Source of the DNA: Bacteroidota bacterium
Lineage (GTDB): Bacteria > Bacteroidota > Bacteroidia > Chitinophagales > Saprospiraceae
Direction of reading: 5' to 3'
DNA: 64,000 nucleotides
NCBI GenBank assembly: GCA_019136675.1
Contig: JAGVTV010000004.1
Location: forward strand, 11,010 to 75,009
A program made the translations under genes and the position numbers. Below the pieces are notes generated by a model. The model was not told the origin of the DNA. It ran no database searches and worked only from the letters and a program-made list of their open reading frames with translations. Below are positions 9,203-17,953 of this stretch, in pieces. Position 1 is the first letter of the stretch; each line of letters begins with the position of its first letter.

Positions 9203-10102
9203 TCACCCCAGGTAAAATTCCTCGTATACCACTTTCTCCAGGCTCTTGCGGTACTTATTCGGGCTATAGCCAGTCTTTTCCTTAAACAGACGATTGAAGT
9301 GCGAAAAATTATTAAACCCACTGGCAAAACAAACCTCCGATATGGTCAGCCTTTCTTCATTGAGCAGCTTGCAGGCATGGACTATCTTGAATTCATTGAC
9401 AAATTCCGTAAATGTCTTGCCAGTGACCTTCTTAAAGTAGCGGCAAAATGACGGAACCGTCATGCTTACCTCAGATGCGATTTCCTCAAGGCTGATCTGC
9501 TCCGTAAAATGTTCTCTTACATATTTGTAGATGTGGTCGATCCTGTCAGTATCACTGCCGCTGACCACAAGTGATATCCCGCCGGCATTGAGCGTGGTGT
9601 ACTCCTTTGACGAAGCCAGAATATGCAGAATCCGGATAAACTCAGTCAGCTTTTCAAACTGATTCATGTAAAACAGGGACTCAAGCATACTTCCTGCCTC
9701 CTCCCGGGTAGTGCCATAAAAGGAGAGCCCTGCCCGTGCTTTGTCAAACAGCTGACCTATAATCTGTGTTTCCGGCAAGCCAAAAAACTCCTTGCCAAGG
9801 AAATCTTCCCGCATTTGGACCACAATCTCTGCGTTGTTGCCCGACAACCTGTCGGTAAACCCGAAGTGAGGTAGATTGGGACCCAGGAAAATGAGGTCGC
9901 CACCATTATAATATGATATGTGGTTGCCGATATGGCGTTTTCCGCTTCCGTGTTTTATATATACAATCTCGAGCTCAGGGTGAAAATGCCATAAAGGCTG
10001 GGCATTGGGGTTGAGTTCTTCAATCTTCCTCAGCGTAAAGGAATGCCCGAAATTAGGCTCAATCTTTTCCAGTGAAGGTGATGACAAAACACTTCTTTTC
10101 AT
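9203..10102 (-). CDS. AraC family transcriptional regulator (cupin N-domain plus HTH)
   Basis: 299 aa. The C-terminus has the AraC HTH signature (ISLEEIASEVSMTVPSFCRYFKKVTGKTF...GFNNFSHFNRLFKEKTGYSPNKYR). The N-terminus is cupin-like (HFHPELEIVYIKHGSG). Confidence 0.9.
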   Translation of the reverse strand: MKRSVLSSPSLEKIEPNFGHSFTLRKIEELNPNAQPLWHFHPELEIVYIKHGSGKRHIGNHISYYNGGDLIFLGPNLPHFGFTDRLSGNNAEIVVQMREDFLGKEFFGLPETQIIGQLFDKARAGLSFYGTTREEAGSMLESLFYMNQFEKLTEFIRILHILASSKEYTTLNAGGISLVVSGSDTDRIDHIYKYVREHFTEQISLEEIASEVSMTVPSFCRYFKKVTGKTFTEFVNEFKIVHACKLLNEERLTISEVCFASGFNNFSHFNRLFKEKTGYSPNKYRKSLEKVVYEEFYLG

Positions 10103-10123
10103 CTACTGCCAATTAATTACATA

Positions 10124-10131
10124 CAAATATA
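10124..10131 (-). promoter_or_regulatory. -7 promoter box TATATTTG upstream of the AraC-family gene
   Basis: The reverse complement of caaatata is TATATTTG, 21 nt upstream of the ATG at 10102. Confidence 0.45.
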
Positions 10132-10271
10132 GCGTTTTACTTACTATAACATTTGTTTAATTAATTGTACATGTATTATTTTAACTTACATTTCACATTT
10201 ATTAACTATAAGTGGTAATTTAATATAATTATTGGAAAATATTATTGTAGACTTCAATTAAGGATTGCCCC

Positions 10272-10279
10272 TACCTTTG
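10272..10279 (+). promoter_or_regulatory. -7 promoter box TACCTTTG upstream of the 10330 gene
   Basis: Exact TAnnTTTG. The extended 12-mer TACCTTTGCATC is shared with the adhesin promoter at 47373. Confidence 0.5.
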
Positions 10280-10329
10280 CATCGTTAATAAGTTATCTAT
10301 TTTTTAATGTTTCAAATTTGATAAAACAC

Positions 10330-10896
10330 ATGAAAACAAGAATTCTGTTTTTTATTCTGGCTTTGGTTTTTTCCAATGTCACTTTTGCGGGTATTCCGTC
10401 GGCGGTTGTTGAAGGTCCCAGGACCATTGTGGTTAAACCCCGTGAGTGGAAGGCTGCAAGGATCTATGTTGAGATCATCAATGAAGAGGGTGAAACTCTT
10501 GTCTCCCAACCAGTCAGAACAATTGAAAAGTCAAGGAAGTACAACCTTAAAAACCTTCCTGCCGGCAATTACGTACTGAGGATGAGTGATGACCTTAAGG
10601 TGTTTTCACGCAATTTCACTTTGGATGCTGATGGAGTTACACTTTCGGGAGACCTGACAGTGGAGTACAAACCTGTGGTCAAAAGTACGGATACCTACCT
10701 GGATGTCAACTTTTTTACTCAGGGCAAGCCTGCCACCATCAGTATCCTTGACCACGAAAACAATGTGGTGTACAGGGAGAGCTTTGAAAGGCCGGCTATC
10801 CACAAAAGATTTGACATCTCAAGGTTTGGACGCGGTAATTACTCTGTTCTTTGCGAATCAGCAGGAAAATCATACATCAACGGATTTGCAAAATAA
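10330..10896 (+). CDS. Hypothetical secreted protein (two short beta-sandwich-like halves)
   Basis: The track ORF starts at TTG 10318. ATG 10330 gives MKTRILFFILALVFSNVTFAG, a signal peptide. Two internally similar segments (NLPAGNYVLRMSDD... and RFGRGNYSVLCESAG...) are present. I recognise no family. Confidence 0.55.
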   Translation: MKTRILFFILALVFSNVTFAGIPSAVVEGPRTIVVKPREWKAARIYVEIINEEGETLVSQPVRTIEKSRKYNLKNLPAGNYVLRMSDDLKVFSRNFTLDADGVTLSGDLTVEYKPVVKSTDTYLDVNFFTQGKPATISILDHENNVVYRESFERPAIHKRFDISRFGRGNYSVLCESAGKSYINGFAK

Positions 10897-11064
10897 CCAC
10901 TGAAAAAACCTGAGATTAAGGGTGTTAATAAGACTCAGGCTTTTATGTAATCAAGATAAATGTGGCTTTAATGATTGTAAAAGCTGTATGGAAAAGTCCG
11001 TACGGCTTTTACGTTTTATAGCCAGGCATCCATGTCCTTGTTCTGACAATAAGAAACTTTTTTC

Positions 11065-11072
11065 TACCTTTG
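11065..11072 (+). promoter_or_regulatory. -7 promoter box TACCTTTG upstream of the ECF sigma factor gene
   Basis: Exact TAnnTTTG, 37 nt upstream of the TTG start at 11110. Confidence 0.5.
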
Positions 11073-11109
11073 CGTCAAAACCCTTTGTAAAGTCAAGAAT
11101 AATCCTGAT

Positions 11110-11637
11110 TTGTCAAAATCATTTGAAAATATTTCCGACTTTGAAGATCTGTTCAAAGAGTATTTTAACCCGCTTGTTAACTTTGTCAACCGGTATCTGA
11201 ATAATTTTGAGAACAGCAGGGAGGTAGTCCAGATGACATTTGTCAAATTATGGGAAAACAGGTCCAATTTCGAGATCAGGAATTCCACCAAGAGTTATGT
11301 GTACCAGACAGCCAAAAACGCCATGATCGATTTTGTCCGGAAAAACAAGAATCACATGAATGCGTTTGAGATCGAAGGTGCCTTGGTTCATGACCTGCCC
11401 GATGACAACAGCTCGTATCTTGACCCATATATTGTTAGAAGTGCCATAGAAAAGTGTCTTCAGCAGCTTAAGCCAAAAAACAGGGAAATTTTCGAATTGA
11501 ACAAGTTTGAAGGGCTTACATACGAAGAAATAGCAGATTACCTTCAGATTTCCAAAAGGAGTGTAGAGGACAATATAGCGAAGACACTAAAGTTCTTGAA
11601 GGAGGAACTTAAAAATCATCCTGATTTTTTTGAATAG
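11110..11637 (+). CDS. ECF-type RNA polymerase sigma-70 factor
   Basis: 175 aa. Region 2 (FEDLFKEYFNPLVNFVNRYL...VVQMTFVKLWENR) and region 4 (REIFELNKFEGLTYEEIADYLQISKRSVEDNIAKTLKFLKEEL). TTG start; no in-frame ATG nearby. Confidence 0.9.
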   Translation: MSKSFENISDFEDLFKEYFNPLVNFVNRYLNNFENSREVVQMTFVKLWENRSNFEIRNSTKSYVYQTAKNAMIDFVRKNKNHMNAFEIEGALVHDLPDDNSSYLDPYIVRSAIEKCLQQLKPKNREIFELNKFEGLTYEEIADYLQISKRSVEDNIAKTLKFLKEELKNHPDFFE

Positions 11638-11714
11638 AAAATGTGGTTTATTAAAAATTTAACGTCTTGATTGAAATAAAATTTGTTTGACAGCATTTAA
11701 CAGGGAAATTTTAG

Positions 11715-12704
11715 TTGAAAGATTTTAATAAAATATTATCCGAGAGCAAAGAACTGAAAGATTTCAGACTCTTTGATACCGACCAGGAGTGGAACCGCTT
11801 TCTTGCTGCAACCGGGATCGCAGAGACCACAACGCAGGGTGCCAGGATAAAAAGTCTGAATACTGAAAAGTCTTCTGAAATGCAGATTTTATATATGCTG
11901 GCATTTGCTGCAAGTATGATTCTGATATTTGCTGCTGTCTTTGTTTTAAGGAAAGATGCTCCCTCCTCTGCTACACTCGCTGCCGGCAACTCACCCGAAA
12001 AAATCACACTGTCTGACGGCTCAGCTGTAGAGGTTGCTTCCGGGTCAAAACTTACATATTTTACCAATCTTGAACACAGCGATCTGAGGGAAGTGCGGCT
12101 TGATGGTGATGCTTCGTTTGATATATCCAGCAGTATATTGCCATTCAGGGTTTATCACAAGGACATTTTTATTGATGTTTTGGGTACGGAATTCAGTGTT
12201 AAAGATTCACAAGAGGGTATACTCATTAAAAATTTCAGCGGATCTGTTAAGGTTTCAGAGATTAAAAATCCATCCAACAACGTAACACTTAGAAAAGGAG
12301 ACGCCTTCCTATACAGGGATGGAGTATTTACAGATACCAATAAACCTGTCATTACCGAGGTGATAGAAGAAAAACCAGCTCCTCCCGTTGCTAAGCCTGT
12401 AAAAAAGGAAAAGGAAGTTGTTGTCACTCCAGTACCGGCAAAGGAGCCTGAAAAACCCGCTGTTACATTCAGAAGGTTTAAACTGGAGTCAGTTATCAAC
12501 GATTACCTCCTTAAATTCAATAAGAAAAAGCTAAAGGTCGATAAGAAAAACAAGCCTGACTTTGATAAAATTGTCAGCATTGACAACATCGACAAGCCTT
12601 TCCTCGAATTACTGACTGACCTAAAAAAGCAGGGTGTCATTGATTTTGCTCCCGGAGATTGTGCGGACTGCTACATCATTTCGGCTCCTTCCAAAAACGA
12701 GTAA
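11715..12704 (+). CDS. FecR-family anti-sigma factor
   Basis: 329 aa. Short cytoplasmic N-terminus, one TM (ILYMLAFAASMILIFAAVFVL), and a FecR domain (ITLSDGSAVEVASGSKLTYF...VRLDGDASFDI...PFRVYHKDIFIDVLGTEFSV). A Pro/Lys-rich linker leads to an unrecognised C-terminal tail ending GDCADCYIISAPSKNE. Confidence 0.8.
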   Translation: MKDFNKILSESKELKDFRLFDTDQEWNRFLAATGIAETTTQGARIKSLNTEKSSEMQILYMLAFAASMILIFAAVFVLRKDAPSSATLAAGNSPEKITLSDGSAVEVASGSKLTYFTNLEHSDLREVRLDGDASFDISSSILPFRVYHKDIFIDVLGTEFSVKDSQEGILIKNFSGSVKVSEIKNPSNNVTLRKGDAFLYRDGVFTDTNKPVITEVIEEKPAPPVAKPVKKEKEVVVTPVPAKEPEKPAVTFRRFKLESVINDYLLKFNKKKLKVDKKNKPDFDKIVSIDNIDKPFLELLTDLKKQGVIDFAPGDCADCYIISAPSKNE

Positions 12705-12814
12705 TCAGGCACTGGTACTCTTCCTTCAATTTATTCCATTCTTAAAAGTGCCGTCCACGTACAGGCCAAGTTGATATAAATCCATATCTTTATGCCTGTT
12801 TAGTTTACACATAT

Positions 12815-13600
12815 ATGGCAGATAATCAACTTTATAACCAGTTCCTCAGGGCCAAACAAACAGGGCAGAAGAAATTTGTCGTCCTGATTGATCCGGATAA
12901 GGTAAGACTCGGCAAGATTCACAAGGTTCTTGAATATGCCATGGATGCCGGGGTTGATTATTTTTTTATTGGCGGCAGCCTGGTAGTCAATGATATGCTG
13001 GATACACTACTTAAATCGATAAAGGAGCAGTGCAACATCCCTCTCATCCTCTTTCCCGGCAATTCTTTTCAGCTTAGCTACAAAGCAGATGGCCTGTTGT
13101 TCCTCTCTCTGATCTCGGGTAGAAATGCTGACCTGCTGATAGGAAAGCATGTCATCACAGCACCCTTCCTTAAAATGAGTCCCCTGGAAATAATTTCCAC
13201 CGGCTATATGCTGGTAGATGGCGGTATAATGACAAGCGTTCAGTATATGAGTAATACAAGTCCCATACCTGCCAATAAGGAAGATATCGCCCTTTGTACG
13301 GCCATGGCCGGCGAAATGCTGGGACTCAAGCAGATCTACATGGATGCTGGCAGTGGTGCCCGGGAACCCATCTCTGCCTCCATGATCAATACGGTCAGTG
13401 GCGGGATAAATATACCGCTGATAGTAGGCGGAGGCATCAGGGACCCTAAAAAAGCTGCAGAAAATGCCAAGGCAGGTGCTGATGTAATAGTGGTAGGCAA
13501 TGCCATAGAAAAGGACCCTGTCCTTATAACTGAGATGGCTGCAGCAGTAAAAGAAAATTGCAGATCTGTAACCCTTGTGGATGAAGGGCATAGTCATTAA
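12815..13600 (+). CDS. Geranylgeranylglyceryl / heptaprenylglyceryl phosphate synthase family protein (PcrB/GGGPS)
   Basis: 261 aa TIM-barrel protein with family hallmarks: VVLIDPDK, FFIGGS, ILFPG, YMDAGSGA, IPLIVGGGIRD, ADVIVVGNAIEKDP. Confidence 0.85.
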   Translation: MADNQLYNQFLRAKQTGQKKFVVLIDPDKVRLGKIHKVLEYAMDAGVDYFFIGGSLVVNDMLDTLLKSIKEQCNIPLILFPGNSFQLSYKADGLLFLSLISGRNADLLIGKHVITAPFLKMSPLEIISTGYMLVDGGIMTSVQYMSNTSPIPANKEDIALCTAMAGEMLGLKQIYMDAGSGAREPISASMINTVSGGINIPLIVGGGIRDPKKAAENAKAGADVIVVGNAIEKDPVLITEMAAAVKENCRSVTLVDEGHSH

Positions 13601-14528
13601 GTCTACAGGGAGCTGGTACGATGTAAGACTGGAAGACCACTCCGTCATTAAATGCCGGATGGCCGGCAAAATAAAACTTGACGACCTCAAACTAACCAAC
13701 CCTGTAGCTGTAGGCGATGAGGTTACTATAGAAATAGAAAATTCAGAGGAAATCAGGGGTGTAATCAAAACAATCTCCCCAAGGAAAAATTATGTGGTCC
13801 GCCAGTCACCTCGAAAAAAACACCAGTTGCACTTCCTGGCCAGCAACGTGGATCAGGTGATGCTCATCGTGACCATGGTCGAGCCCAATCTTAAACCCGG
13901 CTTCATTGACAGATTCCTGCTCATGACAGAGACCTATTCCATCCCCGTCACCATCGTATTTAACAAGTCTGATATCTACAACATCGAGGACATGGAGGCT
14001 TACTGGCTGCAACATAGCCTTTACACATCCATAGGATATAATGTACTCATGGCATCATCCGTAGACGGACAAGGCATATCCAGACTCAAAGACATACTCC
14101 AAAACAAAACCACCCTCATCGCAGGACAGTCCGGAGTCGGCAAGTCCACACTCGTCAATGCCATCGAGCCCAACCTGGACCTGAAAACGGAAGAAGTATC
14201 AGAATTTTCAGGCAAGGGTCAACATACCACGACATTTGCCGAGATGTTTGAACTCAGCTTTGGTGGCTACATCATCGATACTCCGGGCATCAAGACACTG
14301 GCCTTCAGCCACCTCGAAGTCATGGACGTAGCACATAATTTCAGGGAGATTTTTGCCCTTTCGGGCGAATGCAGATTCGCTGACTGCACCCATCGCAATG
14401 AGCCCAAATGTGCCGTAAAGCAAGCTCTGGAAGAAGGCAACATAAGCCCTGTCAGATACACCAATTACCTGACCATACTCGAGGAAATTGAGGACCAGAA
14501 CTACTGGGAAAGACACAGCGACGTGTAG
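13581..14528 (+). CDS. rsgA: Ribosome small-subunit-dependent GTPase A
   Basis: OB-fold N-terminus (GIVIKSTGSWYDVR), a circularly permuted GTPase (NKSD...GQSGVGKSTL...DTPG) and a zinc knuckle (CRFADCTHRNEPKCAV). ATG 13581 is preferred over the track's TTG 13575. It overlaps the upstream CDS by 20 nt. Confidence 0.93.
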   Translation: MKGIVIKSTGSWYDVRLEDHSVIKCRMAGKIKLDDLKLTNPVAVGDEVTIEIENSEEIRGVIKTISPRKNYVVRQSPRKKHQLHFLASNVDQVMLIVTMVEPNLKPGFIDRFLLMTETYSIPVTIVFNKSDIYNIEDMEAYWLQHSLYTSIGYNVLMASSVDGQGISRLKDILQNKTTLIAGQSGVGKSTLVNAIEPNLDLKTEEVSEFSGKGQHTTTFAEMFELSFGGYIIDTPGIKTLAFSHLEVMDVAHNFREIFALSGECRFADCTHRNEPKCAVKQALEEGNISPVRYTNYLTILEEIEDQNYWERHSDV

Positions 14529-14666
14529 AAAACCCGGAAAACCGGACCCGCAACCACCGAAAAATGCTCCTACGAATCTATAAGATAATGACCTGGATAA
14601 AGCCATAATCTCGCCCTGACCCAACCCTGCCGAAATGTCTCTCTTTTACGTATGCGTAATTTCGCA

Positions 14667-14674
14667 TATATTTG
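14667..14674 (+). promoter_or_regulatory. -7 promoter box TATATTTG upstream of murA
   Basis: Exact TAnnTTTG, 28 nt upstream of the ATG at 14703. Confidence 0.5.
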
Positions 14675-14702
14675 GCCTTTGTAATAAAAAATCAAAGCAA
14701 AT

Positions 14703-16019
14703 ATGTCAAACCAGGCTTTCAGGGTTCAGGGAAATGCAAGGCTTTCAGGCTCGATCGAGCCTCAGGGAGCAAAAAACGAGGCCCTTCAGATCATCAGTGC
14801 TGTATTGCTGACACCCAAAAAGGTAACTATAAAAAATGTGCCTGACATCCTTGATATCAGGAAGCAGATAGAACTGCTAAAAGGTCTCGGCGTCAGAGTA
14901 GAAAAAATCAGTGAAAATGAATACTCATTTCAGGCTGATGACATAGATACGGATCACCTTTCATCAGATGCCTATCAGGACAATGCAAGCAAGATCCGGG
15001 GTTCGGTCATGCTAATAGGGCCGCTTTTAGCCAGATTTAAAAAAGCCTACCTGCCCAAGCCAGGGGGTGACAAGATAGGCCGCCGTAGGCTGGACACCCA
15101 CTTCCTGGGCCTGCAGAAACTGGGGGCCACCTTCAATTATGACGAGGCCGGCGAAAAATTCTATATCGGATCGGAAAAGCTCAAAGGTACATACATCCTC
15201 ATGGATGAGATCTCGGTCACCGGTACCGCCAATGTGCTTATGGCTGCCGTTCTCGCCGAAGGCATCACGCAGATCTACAATGCTGCCTGTGAACCCTACA
15301 TCCAGCAGCTCTGTAAGATGCTCAACAACATGGGGGCGAGGATTTCAGGTGTAGGGTCCAACCTTCTCACTGTACATGGAGTGGATTCATTGGGCGGAAC
15401 AGAGCATATCATACTGCCCGATATGATCGAGATAGGCAGTTTCATAGGCCTGGCGGCCATGACACAATCCCCTTTGACCATCACCAACGTATCTGTACCC
15501 AATCTGGGAATAATTCCATCAACTTTTGAGAAACTCGGTATAACAATAGAAGTTAAGGGAGATGATCTCTTTATTCCTGCCCAGGAAGTATATGAGATTC
15601 AGAGTTTTATTGACGGGTCTATCATGACCATTTATGATGCACCCTGGCCAGGATTTACACCGGACCTCCTGAGTATAGTCCTGGTTGTGGCTACTCAGGC
15701 CCGCGGCAGTATCCTTATCCATCAGAAGATGTTTGAGAGCAGGCTCTTTTTTGTGGACAAACTGATAGATATGGGTGCCCAGATCATCCTGTGCGATCCG
15801 CATAGGGCCACGGTCATCGGATTGGAAAGAAAGGCTCAGCTAAGAGGCATTCGCATGAGCTCACCGGACATCCGGGCCGGAGTATCCCTGCTTATCGCCG
15901 CCCTTTCTGCCAGGAGCGAATCCATCATATCCAATATCAGCCAGATAGACAGAGGTTATCAAAACATTGACGGCAGACTCAATGCCCTGGGCGCTCAGAT
16001 AGAGAGAATCGAAGAGTAA
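14703..16019 (+). CDS. murA: UDP-N-acetylglucosamine 1-carboxyvinyltransferase
   Basis: 438 aa EPSP-synthase-fold protein. FRVQGNARLSGSIEPQGAKNEALQI, KPGGDKIGRRRLDTH, DRGYQNIDGRLNALGAQIERI. Confidence 0.96.
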   Translation: MSNQAFRVQGNARLSGSIEPQGAKNEALQIISAVLLTPKKVTIKNVPDILDIRKQIELLKGLGVRVEKISENEYSFQADDIDTDHLSSDAYQDNASKIRGSVMLIGPLLARFKKAYLPKPGGDKIGRRRLDTHFLGLQKLGATFNYDEAGEKFYIGSEKLKGTYILMDEISVTGTANVLMAAVLAEGITQIYNAACEPYIQQLCKMLNNMGARISGVGSNLLTVHGVDSLGGTEHIILPDMIEIGSFIGLAAMTQSPLTITNVSVPNLGIIPSTFEKLGITIEVKGDDLFIPAQEVYEIQSFIDGSIMTIYDAPWPGFTPDLLSIVLVVATQARGSILIHQKMFESRLFFVDKLIDMGAQIILCDPHRATVIGLERKAQLRGIRMSSPDIRAGVSLLIAALSARSESIISNISQIDRGYQNIDGRLNALGAQIERIEE

Positions 16020-16026
16020 AAAAGGC

Positions 16027-17088
16027 TCAATCGCCCGACATCACCTTTTCCTGCTGCTCTATGCTTTCGTCGTGGATAGACTTGATGATTCTGGTGACAA
16101 ACTCCTCTCCCAGGCCTGAATGAGCCCCGCGGTCCACGTATTTTTGCAGTACCTCTTTCCACCTTTCATTCTGAAGGATGGTCATATTGTTGTCTTTTTT
16201 ATACTTGCCTATTTCACGGGCCACTTTCATCCGCGATGCCAGGATGTGCATGATCTCTTCGTCAAGCATGTCTATCTGCTTTCTTAATCTCTCAAGTTCT
16301 GACCTTTCTCTCAATGCTTCCGGGTCTACCTGCCTGATTACCAGATCGCTGATCATCTGTCCGTAGGCTTCAGGGGTGATCTGCTGGGCAGCGTCGCTCC
16401 ATGCTGTATCCGGGGTGATGTGCGATTCGATCATCAGCCCGTCAAAATCAAGGTCAAGGGCCTTTTGGGCCACTCTCTGCAGGAGATCCCGCCTGCCACA
16501 GATATGGCTGGGGTCATTGATCATGGGTATTTCCGGCATGGCCATCTTAAAGTCAATGGCAATCTGCCACTGTGGTCTGTTGCGATAAATCTTCTCACCG
16601 GCTGACGAAAAACCCCGATGTATAGCTCCGAGTTTGGTCAGTCCTGCGTTCTGAAGCCTCTCCATGCCGCCGATCCACAGGGCCAGGTCCGGGTTGATGG
16701 GATTTTTCAGCAGCACCGGTATATCCACCCCTTTGAGCGAGTCGGCTATTTCCTGCACTGCAAACGGATTGACCGTCGTGCGGGCACCTATCCATAGGAT
16801 GTCAATACCGAATTCAAGGCACAATTCCACATGCGAAGCCTTGGCTACTTCGACAGCTACGGGCAACCCGGTCAATTCCCTGGCTTTCTGCAGCCAGAAT
16901 AACCCTTTTGTGCCGATGCCTTCGAAGGCTCCGGGCCTGGTGCGGGGTTTCCAGATTCCGGCTCTGAGGATATCTATTTTTCCGGTCCTGAATAGCCTGG
17001 CAGCAGTTTGTACTACCTGCTCTTCTGTTTCAGCACTGCAGGGTCCGGCGATGAGCAAAGGTCCGTTTTCTTTTTTTAATGGATTCAT
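16027..17088 (-). CDS. Bifunctional 3-deoxy-7-phosphoheptulonate synthase (type I-beta) / chorismate mutase
   Basis: 353 aa. The N-terminal DAHPS/KDO8PS-like barrel (LLIAGPCSAE, WKPRTRPGAFEG, IGARTT, NDPSH) is fused to a C-terminal AroQ chorismate mutase helix bundle (LERLRKQIDMLDEEIMHILASRMKVAREIGKYK). Confidence 0.9.
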   Translation of the reverse strand: MNPLKKENGPLLIAGPCSAETEEQVVQTAARLFRTGKIDILRAGIWKPRTRPGAFEGIGTKGLFWLQKARELTGLPVAVEVAKASHVELCLEFGIDILWIGARTTVNPFAVQEIADSLKGVDIPVLLKNPINPDLALWIGGMERLQNAGLTKLGAIHRGFSSAGEKIYRNRPQWQIAIDFKMAMPEIPMINDPSHICGRRDLLQRVAQKALDLDFDGLMIESHITPDTAWSDAAQQITPEAYGQMISDLVIRQVDPEALRERSELERLRKQIDMLDEEIMHILASRMKVAREIGKYKKDNNMTILQNERWKEVLQKYVDRGAHSGLGEEFVTRIIKSIHDESIEQQEKVMSGD

Positions 17089-17113
17089 GTCAGATCCTTT
17101 TTGAGAGGTTAAT

Positions 17114-17953
17114 TCAATGTAATATTCTTTTTATATCGTTGCTGGCTGCCATAAGCTGCTGTGCAGCTGCCAGATTTCCTTCTTCCAGCCTGTCCCTGAA
17201 TCCTGATAAATGGGCTATATAACTGTTTAATGCTTCAAGGACATATTTTTGATTTTTGCCAAAAATAGCTGACCATGTGGCGGGGTTACTTTTTGCCAGC
17301 CTCACGGTGCTTGCAAAACCTGTGCCTGCCAGTTCGAAGATCTGTTTCTCATCTTTTTCGATATCCAGAACCGTAAGGCCAAGCATAAAGGAACTTACAT
17401 GTGACAAATGGGAAACATAAGCCAGATGTTTGTCATGCTCTTCGGCAGCCATAAACAGTGTATTCATACCCAGGCTTTCAAACAGGGCCAGGGCGGTATT
17501 AAGGATTTGTTCATTGCTTTTTTCGGGTTCGCAAATGATATTTTTCTTTCCTGTAAATAGGCCTCTGATGGCGGCCTCAGGACCTGAATACTCAGTACCG
17601 GCCAATGGATGGGCAGCTACATACCTGCTTCGGTGAGGATGCCCTTCCACAGCCCTGCACATCTCACTTTTGGTAGATCCCACGTCGACTACTGTGGTAT
17701 GGGCAGAGGTATGGTTAAGTATGTCCGGAAGCATTTCTTCAATCTTGTCTACGGGCACGGCCAGGATTACGATGTCTGCTCCGTTGAGGCCGTCGTTAAG
17801 GTTGACCATCTCATGGACCAGTCCCAATTCGCCGGCAAGGCGGCTATGGTGAGCGGATGTGTCCACTCCTTTCACCCTGACATTCAGCTGTGACTTCAGG
17901 TCCCTTGCCATTGACCCTCCGATGAGTCCCAGTCCTACGATGGTGATATTCAT
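17114..17953 (-). CDS. tyrA: Prephenate dehydrogenase
   Basis: MNITIVGLGLIGGSMARDLK Rossmann N-terminus. The ATG at 17953-17951 overlaps the stop of the upstream aminotransferase as ATGA. The track's 355-aa version (to 18181) is an out-of-context extension into that gene. Confidence 0.9.
   Translation of the reverse strand: MNITIVGLGLIGGSMARDLKSQLNVRVKGVDTSAHHSRLAGELGLVHEMVNLNDGLNGADIVILAVPVDKIEEMLPDILNHTSAHTTVVDVGSTKSEMCRAVEGHPHRSRYVAAHPLAGTEYSGPEAAIRGLFTGKKNIICEPEKSNEQILNTALALFESLGMNTLFMAAEEHDKHLAYVSHLSHVSSFMLGLTVLDIEKDEKQIFELAGTGFASTVRLAKSNPATWSAIFGKNQKYVLEALNSYIAHLSGFRDRLEEGNLAAAQQLMAASNDIKRILH

Noticed and set aside
10897-10945. Terminator after the 10330-10896 gene (CCTGAG...CTCAGG)
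   Set aside because: The stem is only 6 bp with a 19-nt loop and a poor T-run, which is not convincing.
14529-14702. Possible small RNA in the rsgA-murA spacer
   Set aside because: Only short hairpins are present (CCGG-aaaa-CCGG, ATGCG-taattt-CGCAT), and nothing resembles a known RNA family. The one notable feature, the 12-mer shared with 4021-4032, is reported under the upstream-motif finding.
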